Source: Sedimentisphaerales bacterium
GTDB taxonomy: Bacteria > Planctomycetota > Phycisphaerae > Sedimentisphaerales > SM23-30
Length of the DNA stretch: 64,000 nt
Assembly (NCBI GenBank): GCA_963663965.2
Contig: CAXXFK010000015.1
Coordinates: 160,001-224,000 of the forward strand
Reading direction: 5' to 3'
Shown here: piece after piece, positions 36,002 through 47,021 of the stretch
Layout: the number at the start of each line of letters is the position of its first letter
How positions within the stretch are numbered: the first letter of the stretch is position 1
The notes under the pieces: model-generated
The model's input: the letters and a program-made list of their open reading frames with translations, nothing else
Told to the model about the DNA's origin: nothing
Database searches by the model: none
Program-made: the position numbers and the translations under genes

Positions 36002-39000
36002 CTAACTCTCCTGGCCAGAAAGGATATGTGTCTTCATTAAGGTGAATTTAAAAGTAGTCCCAGTGCCGGAACCTTTAGATTCAACCCAAATACGTCCACC
36101 ATGGACCCGAACAATTCGCTGGACTAACGTCAGGCCGATTCCCGTCCCTTCCTTGGCAGGATCTAACTTTTCAAACAAGCGAAATAGCCGGCTGTGATAT
36201 TCAGGCTCAACCCCGATCCCATTATCTTTAACGAACAAAACCGGTTCTTCCTCAATACATTCCACACCGATTTCGACGTGTGGTTCGGGTTGATTACCCA
36301 TGAATTTTGCCGCGTTATCGAGCAGATTCTGATACAATTCCCGTAATCGGCGTCGATCACCGAACAGCATTACTGGGGTATCGGTAATAGTAACCTTTAT
36401 CCCCCCCTCAACATACCGTCCGGCTACCAGATCCAGTGTTTCCTGAATCAGTTCCTGCAAAGTCAATTTTACCGGATCGTTCACGATCCGTCCGATACGA
36501 GATAATTCCAATAACTCCTCCAGCAACTGGCTCATTTTTTCTGCCGCGTTGCTGATATAATTCATATCCGATTCAGCCTTCTTTAAATCCCCTTTTCCCC
36601 AGTCTTCTTTTAAATATCCTAAAAATGCCCGGATCGTTACCAGCGGACTCTTGAGATCATGCGAAACGGTATAAGTAAACCGTGCCATTTCTTCGTTGCG
36701 TTGCTCCAGTTCCTCCCTTTGTTGAATGCGTTCGGTAATATCTTCAAACACCGTCGCGAATCGATCCTTAAACGGAGATACGACGTAAATCCTGAAATGT
36801 CTTTGCATCGGCTCAAACCAGGTCTCGAATGTATAAGATTCACCCGTTCTGGCAACCTGCTCGAAATAGTCAAAATACGGAGGCTTGCCGGTCCTGTACA
36901 ATTCACTGGCCAGTAATCCACGGACGGATATGGCCTCGAGCCCCGTGTGCTTTTCGTAAGCGGGATTGACATCGATAATCCTGTAATCAACCGCTTCCCC
37001 CTGCTCATTGCGAATAATTTCATGCAAGGCCACACCTTCTGTCATCGTCTCGAACAATGACCGGAATTTTTCCTCGCTTTCCCGAAGCGCCCGCTCGGCT
37101 TTTATTCGGGCGGTAATATCATCAAATGTGGCGTATACCCCATAAGGCCGCGCTCCCCCCTGCCGATATTGGGGAACCGCCGTAATATTCAACCAGATAT
37201 GATCCTTCCGCATAGGTTGATATACGCCCATCACTTGATTATATACGGTCTCACCGGTCTGTAACGCAATCATGGCCGGATGACGGTCGCCCGGCACCAC
37301 ATTACCATCGATATCAATCGACTGCCAATGGGAATCTTCAGAACTTTTCCCTTTCATGTCCTCCTGGCTGATTCCCAGTATTCGCTCTGCGGCAGGATTG
37401 GCCATAATGATTTTGCCATGCTGATCTTGATAGACAACTCCCGGGGCCATGGTTTCAAACAGCGTTCTGAACCGTTCCTCACTTTCACATAGAGCCTCTT
37501 CGATTTTCTTTCGGGCGGTAATGTCATGAAATAACGTGGCAAATCGACCACGATCCGGACAATAAGCCAACACTTCATAATGCCGCCCCAAGGCACCGCT
37601 GTAATTTTCAAAATGGATCGACTCTCCGGTCATTGCGACACGTCCATAGGTTTCGATCCAGTATTTTTCAGTATCTGGCATACACGCTAAAACCGTTCTG
37701 CCAATCAAATCAGACGCTTTCAATCCGGTCAGGCGTTCAAAGGCCGGATTGATTTCCAGAAAACGATAATCGCATGGCTGCCCCGATTCATTCAAAATGA
37801 CTTCGTGCAACGCAAAACCTGAATTAATCTCTTCGAATAACTGGCGGTAACGGCGTTCACTTTCTTGAAGAGCCTGTTCTGCCTGCTTACGCTCAGTGAT
37901 ATCTTCAAAGGCTACTCCCAGTTTTTCGCCCGTCATCCAGAAGGCTATTACCTTAAATGCTCCCGCCAGGCGCCCATCAGCATAAATGATAGTATCGTCG
38001 ACATAAGACTTGTGAGTTTGCATGACTTGCAAAAATTTTTCCGTGAGCCCCCGTCTGCGGGCATCTGGCCAGATATCATTAAATTCTTTACCCCTGCATT
38101 CATCCAGGGCAAGCTGGGTGTAATTTAAGGCGGCGGGGTTGGCATCCACGAACATCAATTTATCCGGTTCGATATATTGATAAATAAATAAACCCGAAGG
38201 TATCGATTTGACGACTTCGGTAGAGGCCTTGATAATTTCTTCCGCTCGCTTCATCTCAGTGATATCGCTGCAAATCCCTAATACTCCCTGGATAACGCCA
38301 TTTGTGTCCCGAAAAGGAACTTTGGTGGTATCCACGTCACAACGACTGCCATCGACCCGTTCCATCGGTTCAATGATATGCCATTTTGCCGCCCCCGATC
38401 GAATGACCTCTTGATCGTCTTTGCGGTAATCGTTTGCCTCCGATTCCGGCCAGGGCATATCATAATCGGTCTTACCCTTAACGGCATCAGGATGATCAAA
38501 TCCGATATCCCTGGCAAACGCGAGGTTGCAACCAAGATAAACAGATTCACGATCTTTCCAGAAAATGGCCTGTGGTAAAACATCCAGCACCTGACGCAAC
38601 ATGTTCTGGTTCGCATGCAAAGTCTTTTCAATTCGTTTACGATTTACGATTTCCCCAATCAACAGGGCAGAAGCATGCAAACGCGCTTTGGCATTCTCGA
38701 TCATATAATACGGCCGCTTTTTATAGGCTTTCGATAATCGGGCTAATTCTTCAACAGGAATCCGATACCTGGCTGAAAGCTCTTCCAGAGTCTTTTTATC
38801 ACCTGGCGGCGTTCCATAACCGAAATTGATCGCGCCAACAATTTCATCTCCGGCCCGAATCGGCTCACTATAAAGCCTTAACCCCCCGTCGCAAGCCACA
38901 TCCACAGATTGGCCGCTCTCAATGGCTCGTAAAGAGGCTTTTCGCCAACAGGATTCATGACAAAGCCACTTGCCACACTCTAAAGCAACCGCATTATCTT

Positions 39001-40048
39001 CTGTATCACATAATAGACGCGATGCCTGATCCAGACATTGACACCAGTTCGAGGAAAATATCCCAACGGCATAATCCCCATTCTTCTCATACACGGCCGC
39101 GGAAGTTTCCAGCAAAGACAAATATTCATTCACGACCTCTTCCAACAGAGGTTTTCCCACCGAATCTAAGATCAGCCTGGCGGTATTCAACCTCGTTAAA
39201 TCACCATAAGCAGGACACGCCTGGGGTTTGACCGGTCGCTGGGTTAACATCCATTCGACACTCTCCAACCGATCCGAAGCCTGCTTTATCCGGGTCTTAT
39301 CCCGGATGATGGATAGACCGGTGGATACCCCATTCCAGTTGAATAACTGCGTACGGATTTCAGACGGAACCTTCCGCCCATCCCGGGTAATCAGGGTCTT
39401 TTCCACAACCATTTCGTGCCCCGATTCCAATCCCGGCCATTGATCGGTCATTGTTTGCCTGTCATCCGGATCGATCAGATCGTCAAACCCCATTCCGGCA
39501 AGTTCTTTTTTGGTATACCCAAGTACCTCACAAACCTTGTTGTTCACCTGGGTGAAATGCCCTGCAATCCCATCCGAAACGAGGGGGTACATAACAATCA
39601 TTTCATTGGCGCCCACAAATAATAATTGATAAAACAGCTCGCTTAGATGCGCGTCGAAACCAACCGGATTGCTATCTGGCACTTCCTTCATATACCAGAC
39701 AAGGCTATCTTCACAACGAAATCCACTGAACTCTATCTGCTGTTTTATGCCTGATCGACGATAAATATAGTCTTTCGCTTGAAAGGACTCTCCACATTGA
39801 CAACATGAATTTACGAATCGGAAAAATTCTCCATTTTCATCCCGATGGACCATTTTAAACCATTGAGAAAGGCTCTTGATATCATTCGATCGGTAGCCCG
39901 TTAACTCCTCGGCCTTTCGATTCAAATGGATAGAATGCCCCTGACTCATCACCGCGGCTATAGGGAGGGTATCTACCCATACGAGCAAAGGATCTGGCTT
40001 GACAGATTCTTTATTGACCATAATCTGCATCTCTCGTTTCCCTGGCAA
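36002..40048 (-). CDS. Cytoplasmic multi-PAS + PocR-domain histidine kinase
   Basis: Multiple PAS/PAC; PocR-like SNWCQCLD...CHESCW...ACDGGL...PI; SHDLKSPL, QNLLDNAAKF, DNGIG, GTGIGL. Confidence 0.92.
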   Translation of the reverse strand: MPGKREMQIMVNKESVKPDPLLVWVDTLPIAAVMSQGHSIHLNRKAEELTGYRSNDIKSLSQWFKMVHRDENGEFFRFVNSCCQCGESFQAKDYIYRRSGIKQQIEFSGFRCEDSLVWYMKEVPDSNPVGFDAHLSELFYQLLFVGANEMIVMYPLVSDGIAGHFTQVNNKVCEVLGYTKKELAGMGFDDLIDPDDRQTMTDQWPGLESGHEMVVEKTLITRDGRKVPSEIRTQLFNWNGVSTGLSIIRDKTRIKQASDRLESVEWMLTQRPVKPQACPAYGDLTRLNTARLILDSVGKPLLEEVVNEYLSLLETSAAVYEKNGDYAVGIFSSNWCQCLDQASRLLCDTEDNAVALECGKWLCHESCWRKASLRAIESGQSVDVACDGGLRLYSEPIRAGDEIVGAINFGYGTPPGDKKTLEELSARYRIPVEELARLSKAYKKRPYYMIENAKARLHASALLIGEIVNRKRIEKTLHANQNMLRQVLDVLPQAIFWKDRESVYLGCNLAFARDIGFDHPDAVKGKTDYDMPWPESEANDYRKDDQEVIRSGAAKWHIIEPMERVDGSRCDVDTTKVPFRDTNGVIQGVLGICSDITEMKRAEEIIKASTEVVKSIPSGLFIYQYIEPDKLMFVDANPAALNYTQLALDECRGKEFNDIWPDARRRGLTEKFLQVMQTHKSYVDDTIIYADGRLAGAFKVIAFWMTGEKLGVAFEDITERKQAEQALQESERRYRQLFEEINSGFALHEVILNESGQPCDYRFLEINPAFERLTGLKASDLIGRTVLACMPDTEKYWIETYGRVAMTGESIHFENYSGALGRHYEVLAYCPDRGRFATLFHDITARKKIEEALCESEERFRTLFETMAPGVVYQDQHGKIIMANPAAERILGISQEDMKGKSSEDSHWQSIDIDGNVVPGDRHPAMIALQTGETVYNQVMGVYQPMRKDHIWLNITAVPQYRQGGARPYGVYATFDDITARIKAERALRESEEKFRSLFETMTEGVALHEIIRNEQGEAVDYRIIDVNPAYEKHTGLEAISVRGLLASELYRTGKPPYFDYFEQVARTGESYTFETWFEPMQRHFRIYVVSPFKDRFATVFEDITERIQQREELEQRNEEMARFTYTVSHDLKSPLVTIRAFLGYLKEDWGKGDLKKAESDMNYISNAAEKMSQLLEELLELSRIGRIVNDPVKLTLQELIQETLDLVAGRYVEGGIKVTITDTPVMLFGDRRRLRELYQNLLDNAAKFMGNQPEPHVEIGVECIEEEPVLFVKDNGIGVEPEYHSRLFRLFEKLDPAKEGTGIGLTLVQRIVRVHGGRIWVESKGSGTGTTFKFTLMKTHILSGQES

Positions 40049-40416
40049 GAATTACGTATCATTTGAACATCCACTTTTGAATAAATTCTTGCCAGATATT
40101 GACTTAATATATCATCGGGTATATTTCCCATCCAATTTGATTAAATTAAACTTTGGATAATTTTATGATATTCTTCGCTTGATTACCAGCACTTTTATAA
40201 ATCTATCTTAACCCAAAACATTGTGGGCCGCCCTGTTTCGTCCCGCAAGATTATTGTTCATTGAAGCATGACAATTTTATTTGACATACAAAATTTACTT
40301 TGATTGGCGTACCAAAGTCACGGATTTGATTACCGACTTATCAGCAACCCAATCCGGACCAGGAAAAGAAGTTTAGCATTTTGCGTATTCTCTTTATCGA
40401 TCCTGACATTAATTTA

Positions 40417-40598
40417 GGGTACCGCTGAAAATGGTTCTAACGGCGAAAGGAGGAGGCATTTTCTCTGGAAAGGAACAAACCACGGACATAGATGTCCATA
40501 CTCACGTTTTTTGTGAGGCTGCTTAGATGAAAACACTCATCTCGCGGCATAGGGAGTGCCCCCAGGATTGAATCCCTGAATGATTTTTTAAGGCGCCA
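40417..40598. mobile_element. Degenerate MITE-like element, relative of 54699-54859
   Basis: Shares GGGTACC, GGCGAAAG, TTTTCTCTGGnAAGnAACAAA, TCACG..TTTTTTGTGA and CCCTGAATGA blocks; decayed IRs. Confidence 0.65.
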
Positions 40599-40956
40599 TT
40601 AATATTTTGAATTTCTCCAATTAGATAACCGTTTGAATTTCGATCATATCAGCAAAGAATCACTGACTGGTGATTGCACTCTCAAACTCAAACGTTAATC
40701 ATCGATTCTTTTAAATTTGTAATATTATTGCATTTAATCGTTCTGATATTAAATTAAATTTCACTTCCTGATAATTTCAATACTAGATGATAGATCTTAC
40801 ACAATTGCTGCAAATAGAATTACCCCCTTCATATCTCCTGTTCTTTTAAGGTATTTCCTCTATCAAATTTGACTTTTTCCTGGTCGGTTCATAACATTTA
40901 CCGTTCTTTGATAATTGAACCATTAAATAATCCTTTTTTGAAAGGGGGATTTTATT

Positions 40957-41718
40957 ATGAAGTTTAAAACAATCAGTTACGTGTTTCTCCTTTTGTTAGT
41001 TTATTCACAACTGCAGGCAGGCACAACGGACATTACCCGATTGACGGGTTACTATGTCACTGGCTTCAATGGCGGTGAATTCACCATTGGTCAACTGGAT
41101 TCCAATCTTCAAAGCTACCTGAATCAATATGCGGATGTCGCTAAGAATCGAGGAAATAATCCCAGTTTCCAATCATTCTGTCTTGAATTAAGTGAGCACA
41201 CTGACAGCAATGTCGATTACACAATCGACAATTATGCGATTAATGGCGGCGCCGGAGCAGATGCGAATCTCGGCGGTGATCCGCTTTCCGATCCTACGGC
41301 TTGGCTATACAAACAGTTTGCCACTGGTAAGATCAATGATTACGGTCCGGTTGTATACGATTACGATAATAATGCCAATCGGGCTATTTCTGCCAGAGGG
41401 ATGCAAAAAGCCATTTGGTTCCTCGAAGAAGTGATCAATTACGATGTCGAAGCCAAACAATTCCTCGACTTGTACAACAAAGTTGTCCAGAATGTGGATT
41501 CTTCCAGTTGGAATTCAACTGCCGAGTATTCGGTTTTACGGGGATACACCAATCAGCAAACCGGTGTGGCTGTTTTTAATCCATACGTTTATGGTAATAA
41601 TGGCGAGATACTTCATCGCCAGTCCCAGTTGATTCTGGTACCTGCACCGGGAGCGGTTATTTTAGGCAGCCTTGGTATGGTTGTGGTTAATTATCTGCGC
41701 AATCGCAAGAGATTCTGA
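40957..41718 (+). CDS. PEP-CTERM-type (VPAPGA) exosortase-sorted surface protein
   Basis: Signal peptide; GGEF, FQSFCLE, AWLY, QKAIW; C-terminal VPAPGA-TM-RNRKRF. Confidence 0.88.
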   Translation: MKFKTISYVFLLLLVYSQLQAGTTDITRLTGYYVTGFNGGEFTIGQLDSNLQSYLNQYADVAKNRGNNPSFQSFCLELSEHTDSNVDYTIDNYAINGGAGADANLGGDPLSDPTAWLYKQFATGKINDYGPVVYDYDNNANRAISARGMQKAIWFLEEVINYDVEAKQFLDLYNKVVQNVDSSSWNSTAEYSVLRGYTNQQTGVAVFNPYVYGNNGEILHRQSQLILVPAPGAVILGSLGMVVVNYLRNRKRF

Positions 41719-41805
41719 TAGATTATTTTATCAGAATTAAAATGGAATTCGAAGAGGAATTTGTATTAAAACAAGGAGGTCAGGAAGTGTGTTAGTGAAG
41801 GCAGG

Positions 41806-41838
41806 AAAAAAGCCGCGAATACTATTCGCGGCTTTTTT
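41806..41838. terminator. Bidirectional intrinsic terminator
   Basis: AAAAAAGCCGCGAAT act ATTCGCGGCTTTTTT between convergent genes. Confidence 0.9.
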
Positions 41839-41881
41839 ATTTATATTTTGTCGTGATAACCTTGATATGACTACTGGCTTT

Positions 41882-42679
41882 TCAATGGGTTTTGTGAGAA
41901 AATTTTGTCGCGGTCTGGTTTTGACGTTGATAAACATTAACCACTCGTCCTAATCGACGCATTATATTCCTGCCCTCTTCTGTCAGTTCCAGTCCAACAA
42001 ACTGGAATCCAACCAGATTGGAGTCTGCATCCAGATGAGTGGAATGACGATAACGCCCTTGAGCAATGACGCTTTCCTGCCCGGGCAATGGCGTGAATTG
42101 CACCTGGCATAATTGATCATCCGGCCATCCCGGCAAATGATTGCTGTCTACCGCGACACCTATGCCGCCGGTTGAAAGATTCTCTAACACGCCGGCATGT
42201 TGTTCGCCTGCATCGTCAATCGACCAGAAATGAACCTCAACATTCATGTCGCCTGGAACATTCGTTCGCTCGAAAGCGCGTCGTTGAATTTTCTCAACCT
42301 GCTCTGGAACATAAATTGTCAATGAAGCCGCTTTCTCGCCCGATGGAAACTCAAATTCATCCTGTGATATAATCCGACTGGTAAATAAACACTTATTATA
42401 GCCCTTTTTGAAGGTAATGGCTATTTCCTGACCGGCGATGGCTTCCATTCCCGGATGATCACCCTCTGCCACCGGCAAAGCAATCTCCATCCGATAGGGA
42501 TACAACTTCAATATTGTCGATTTATAAACCTTCCACTGATTATCAGGACCGCGCTGGGTAATGGTCAATGGCAACGGTTTTTCCGCCGCAAACTCTAATA
42601 ATTTCCGGCATTCGTTTCCGGCGACAAACTTTCTCTTACGCATAAACTCGGTCCTCCGGTTTAGCTGGTCATTTGACAA
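41882..42679 (-). CDS. PilZ-domain, YcgR-like c-di-GMP effector
   Basis: QRRAFER and NLSTGG PilZ motifs; VGFQF. Confidence 0.85.
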   Translation of the reverse strand: MSNDQLNRRTEFMRKRKFVAGNECRKLLEFAAEKPLPLTITQRGPDNQWKVYKSTILKLYPYRMEIALPVAEGDHPGMEAIAGQEIAITFKKGYNKCLFTSRIISQDEFEFPSGEKAASLTIYVPEQVEKIQRRAFERTNVPGDMNVEVHFWSIDDAGEQHAGVLENLSTGGIGVAVDSNHLPGWPDDQLCQVQFTPLPGQESVIAQGRYRHSTHLDADSNLVGFQFVGLELTEEGRNIMRRLGRVVNVYQRQNQTATKFSHKTH

Positions 42680-42834
42680 AAACTCACTTTATTACCGGTC
42701 TTTATACATCGAACCAGTACTCTATGACTATTTTCGTCCGCCGCAAGCAACGACATAAGCCAAAAGTTTAAGGGCGCAGCCAAAAATATTCAACTCACGC
42801 CCTGAATCATCATAAGCCTATGTAAACCAGAAGA

Positions 42835-44664
42835 TTACAATTCAGGAACCGGACCCGCAATCACTTCATATTCACTGATCGTACTACGATCGCCCCTTAA
42901 GATATCCTTGCAAAGCATCGTCACTTTAGCCCCATTGCCATGGATATACCGGTTGGCAACCACTCGCTTATGCTGCTGTACCGCCCGATAACCAGCCAGA
43001 TTCTTTAGCGCTGCTGGCGAATTATCACTTGGTTTTTCACTAAACGCATCCATAATTTTCGCATCACCACAGCTTTGTTGCAAAAACAGATGCCCGACAA
43101 CCAGCATGATTGCCACATCAACAATCTTCCGGCCATATAAATCCATGTACTCAGTACCAGGCTGCTCCTTGACAAAATGGATCGCCTCAACCATTTCTTC
43201 ACGGCCTTTAACCAGAATGTCCGCCAGTTCGCGAACTTCTTGCGGATAGGCGAAAGTCTCCAGTTCCATCAGATATTTTTCCGCCGTACCGTTGCAAACG
43301 CCTCGTACCCCCGCCACAATCTGCAATTGACTGGTGCCTTCGTAAATCGTCGTGATACGCGCGTCACGAGTCAGACGTTCAACAGGATAATCCTTCATAT
43401 ACCCGCTGCCACCCAGCACCTGCATGGCGTCGTAACAAACCGAATTGCACATCTCACTGGCGTGATATTTACTTAACGGGGTCAGCATATCCGCCAACCG
43501 TTTAATCCGTTTGCTTTCCTGTTTCAGCGCCTTGACCTGCTCTTTGTCGGTCACTTCACCGCCTTCCAGCTTTTTCATTACGGCCACCATATGATCTACG
43601 GCCCAGCAGGTTTCATACGTCAAACTGCGTGAAACTTCCATCTCGATCTTCATGTCAACCAGCAGTTCTCTCACCGCCGGGAAATTTTCAATCGACATGC
43701 CAAACTGTTTACGGCTGAAACCATAATCGCGCGCCACCCGATAGGCCGCCTCGGCAATCCCCAGCGACTGAGCGGCGATTCCCACCCGGGCGCCGTTCAT
43801 CAAACTCATGACATAAGTGACCAGGCCGCGCTGGCGCTCGCCGATCAATTCACATGGAGTGTTCTTGTAAATCAATTCACAAGTGGGAGAACCGTGAATG
43901 CCCAGCTTATTTTCCAATCGGCGTACTCGCACCGTTTCATCACGGCGATTGACAAACAAACTCAGTCCCAACCCCCCACTGCGATCGGGTTCACTGCGGG
44001 CCAGGGTCAACAGCACCTCGCCGCAGCCGTTGGTAATAAACCGCTTCACGCCATTTAAATACCATTGACCATTGGCGTCTTGATGGGCGCGTAATTTCAC
44101 CGCTTGCAAATCACTGCCGGCATCCGGTTCCGTCAAGACCATGGCGCCGGTTGTTAAGCCTTCACAGAAATCCGGCAGATAGGCCTGCTTAATCTCATCG
44201 CTGGCAAACGCGTTGATCGTTTCGGCAATCCCCTGTAATCCAAAGATATTCATCAAGGCTGCGTCAGCACGGGACACGATTTCGGTTGCGATAGTATAAA
44301 TCAAATTCGGACAGTTCAATCCACCATATTGGTACGGCAGGGTAAATCCCATCACTTCAGCCTGTTTCAATCGAGCCAGGTTCTCCTGCATCCCCTTGGA
44401 ATAGGTTACAGTACCATCCTCGTTCAGATGGTTGCCTTCCTGGTCGATCCCTTCCGCGCGGGGCGCGATAAAATCACCGCTGATCTCACCCAGCGTATCC
44501 AACAGGCGATCATAGTTATCGACGGCGTCATCAGCATTTTCCGGCGCCCATTGATAGTTCTGGCTATCCGTATAATCCCCTTCCATCAAATCCGCCAGCT
44601 TGCGCATATCGTAATAGCGGAACAAAAATCGAATGTCATCGTTATCTAGATAAAAGTTTGCCAT
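42835..44664 (-). CDS. Acyl-CoA dehydrogenase
   Basis: LTEPDAGSD, LNGVKRFITNG, KLGIHGSPTC, RKQFG, QVLGGSGY, IYEGT. Confidence 0.95.
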   Translation of the reverse strand: MANFYLDNDDIRFLFRYYDMRKLADLMEGDYTDSQNYQWAPENADDAVDNYDRLLDTLGEISGDFIAPRAEGIDQEGNHLNEDGTVTYSKGMQENLARLKQAEVMGFTLPYQYGGLNCPNLIYTIATEIVSRADAALMNIFGLQGIAETINAFASDEIKQAYLPDFCEGLTTGAMVLTEPDAGSDLQAVKLRAHQDANGQWYLNGVKRFITNGCGEVLLTLARSEPDRSGGLGLSLFVNRRDETVRVRRLENKLGIHGSPTCELIYKNTPCELIGERQRGLVTYVMSLMNGARVGIAAQSLGIAEAAYRVARDYGFSRKQFGMSIENFPAVRELLVDMKIEMEVSRSLTYETCWAVDHMVAVMKKLEGGEVTDKEQVKALKQESKRIKRLADMLTPLSKYHASEMCNSVCYDAMQVLGGSGYMKDYPVERLTRDARITTIYEGTSQLQIVAGVRGVCNGTAEKYLMELETFAYPQEVRELADILVKGREEMVEAIHFVKEQPGTEYMDLYGRKIVDVAIMLVVGHLFLQQSCGDAKIMDAFSEKPSDNSPAALKNLAGYRAVQQHKRVVANRYIHGNGAKVTMLCKDILRGDRSTISEYEVIAGPVPEL

Positions 44665-44724
44665 TTTCAGACTCTTTCATATTAAAGGCGCTTTTGTCAT
44701 TTAAAGTATTGACACATAGGCCGG

Positions 44725-45753
44725 TTAAACACGTTCCCGAATCGCCCGGATCATCTTTGGAATGATCTCCTGATAATCACCTTTTATGCCATAATGAGCA
44801 ACGGAAAAAATTGGAGCGTCCGGATCATTGTTGATCGCGATAATCTTGCCGGAATCACTCATTCCCGCCACATGTTGCACCGCGCCGCTGATGCCGACAG
44901 CAATATACAACGCCGGCCGCACTGTCGTACCGGTCTGCCCGATTTGATGATCATGGTCAATATAACCCAGATCCACCGCTGCGCGGGATGCCCCCGGCGC
45001 GCCACCCAGCACATTAGCCAGATCCCAGACCAGCCGGAATCCATCCCTGCTGCCGATTCCCGCTCCCCCGGCCACAATTACCCGGGACGCTTTCAGGTTA
45101 ACCTTTCTGGGCGCGCGGTGATGTTCCAGAATCCGGATACAGGCATCGGCGGCATCCAGAATAACTGATTCTGAAACAATTTCCGCCTTTCCGTTACTAT
45201 TCTTTTCGGGCAAAGGCATGACCCCTTCACGAACCGTCGCCATCTGGGGCCAGCGATCGTAATTGACAATTGTTGCGATAATATTACCACCAAAAGCCGG
45301 CCGGATTTGCTGTAAAAGATTCTTGTGGACTTCTTTAGTCTTTGTCTCGACAAAGTCCTCAATCTGCAAATCGGTACAATCTGCCGTTAAGCCGGCTTTC
45401 ATTGCCGATGCCACGCGCGGCGCCAGATCCCTGCCAATCGCTGTCGCGCCATAAAGAACAATCTGGGGTTTATGTTTCCCGATCATTTGACAAAGCGCCT
45501 TGGTATAGGGAACCGTTTGATAATGATTCAGAACCGTATGCTCCAGCACATACACTTTATCTGGCCCATATGCAGCCAGGGTCTGGGGCATCATTCCAAG
45601 ATTATTGCCTGGCAAAACGGCCGCCAGTTTAACACCCAGTTTGTCAGCCAGTTCCCGTCCCCGGCCCAGTAATTCCAGCGACACCTCGTTCAGTTCGCCG
45701 TAAGCTTGCTCGGCAAACACCCATACATCGCCATTTCTATTCACTTCAATCAT
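44725..45753 (-). CDS. etfA: Electron transfer flavoprotein alpha subunit
   Basis: GLTADCT, RPAFGGN, QIGQTG, GISGAVQH, AINND. Confidence 0.95.
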   Translation of the reverse strand: MIEVNRNGDVWVFAEQAYGELNEVSLELLGRGRELADKLGVKLAAVLPGNNLGMMPQTLAAYGPDKVYVLEHTVLNHYQTVPYTKALCQMIGKHKPQIVLYGATAIGRDLAPRVASAMKAGLTADCTDLQIEDFVETKTKEVHKNLLQQIRPAFGGNIIATIVNYDRWPQMATVREGVMPLPEKNSNGKAEIVSESVILDAADACIRILEHHRAPRKVNLKASRVIVAGGAGIGSRDGFRLVWDLANVLGGAPGASRAAVDLGYIDHDHQIGQTGTTVRPALYIAVGISGAVQHVAGMSDSGKIIAINNDPDAPIFSVAHYGIKGDYQEIIPKMIRAIRERV

Positions 45754-45817
45754 ATTAATTTCCTGTTACTACTCGGTTTATCCACAGTTTTTTTATCGAA
45801 TACACTGGTGCCCGGTA

Positions 45818-46690
45818 TTAACCAATGGTATGGTCTTCAATCAGTTCATGGACCATCTCGCGTATGGCAGCATCGGTTGGATCAATTTCTTTGTACTCAG
45901 TAGCTGTCAGTACAACACTTTGAATCCGATTCACTTTGGTGGGACTGCCATCCCGGCCGCACCACCGTAAATCTGCTTCCAGATAATCCAGATCCCATTG
46001 TTCCAGTAATAAGCCTTGCTCACGATACTGAGTAATCTCTTCGGCACTGGCGCCCTGACGCTCTAACTCTGATTGAGACCGCATTTTCTTACAGTACATC
46101 ATCTTACGCGCGGCTTGCGGCCGGGGCTCATTGGCCGTATCCATCACTGTCAATAAAATTGGCAACTGTCCCTCGACCAGTTCCCAGCCATTTCCAATAG
46201 TTCGTTTGGCAACCAGGATATCGCCATCCAGCTTCTCCAGGGCTTCTACATAGGTAATCTGCGGTATACCCAGTTTCTCTGCTGTTTGCGGTCCTACCTG
46301 GGCCGTATCGCCATCGATAGCCTGACGTCCACATAATACCATATCATACTTATCCAGCTTCTTTAACGCGCAACTTAGAATATAGCTGGTCGCAAGGGTA
46401 TCGCTGGCGGCACAACGACGATCTGTTATCAATATCGCTCGATCTGCGCCCCGATACAACGACTCCCGTAAAATCTCACAAGCCGTTGGCAAACCCATGG
46501 TAATAACGGTCACAGTCCCGCCGAACCGCTCTTTAACTTGCAACGCTAATTCTAATGCGTTTAAATCTTCCGGATTAAAGATCGCCGGTAAAGCGCCGCG
46601 ATTGACAGTTCCGTCATCATTCATCGCTTTTCCAGTAACTGCTTTGGTATCCGGAACCTGTTTGGCTAATACAACACAATGATATGCCAT
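45818..46690 (-). CDS. etfB: Electron transfer flavoprotein beta subunit
   Basis: KQVPDT, NPEDLNALE, DTLATS, GRQAIDGDTAQVGP, SPTKV. Confidence 0.95.
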   Translation of the reverse strand: MAYHCVVLAKQVPDTKAVTGKAMNDDGTVNRGALPAIFNPEDLNALELALQVKERFGGTVTVITMGLPTACEILRESLYRGADRAILITDRRCAASDTLATSYILSCALKKLDKYDMVLCGRQAIDGDTAQVGPQTAEKLGIPQITYVEALEKLDGDILVAKRTIGNGWELVEGQLPILLTVMDTANEPRPQAARKMMYCKKMRSQSELERQGASAEEITQYREQGLLLEQWDLDYLEADLRWCGRDGSPTKVNRIQSVVLTATEYKEIDPTDAAIREMVHELIEDHTIG

Positions 46691-47021
46691 AATCGTGTAA
46701 TCTCCTGTCGTTAAAAATAAGCCCCATACTTTATACAATCAGAAATTCCCTGTCAACCCCCCGGAAACGTCACGTAACACTTTTTTTGCAATTATTGATT
46801 CGAATCGCAAAAACTTTTCACAGAATTATAAATTAATTAATTAATCATTTAACTTGTCGCGTAATTGTATTTCTGCCAGAAATAATCCCACCCTGAAACA
46901 GACCACAAAAATTTACTTTTACAAACCCGTATAAAATGACTATACTCTTACATCATAATTCCGACCGGCAGGAGTCAGGCCGATCGTATTTACACAATAA
47001 GCTATTTAAATCAAATAAGTT

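Noticed and set aside
42835..46690. ACAD-EtfAB as a novel system
   Set aside because: Common triad in anaerobes; nothing unusual visible
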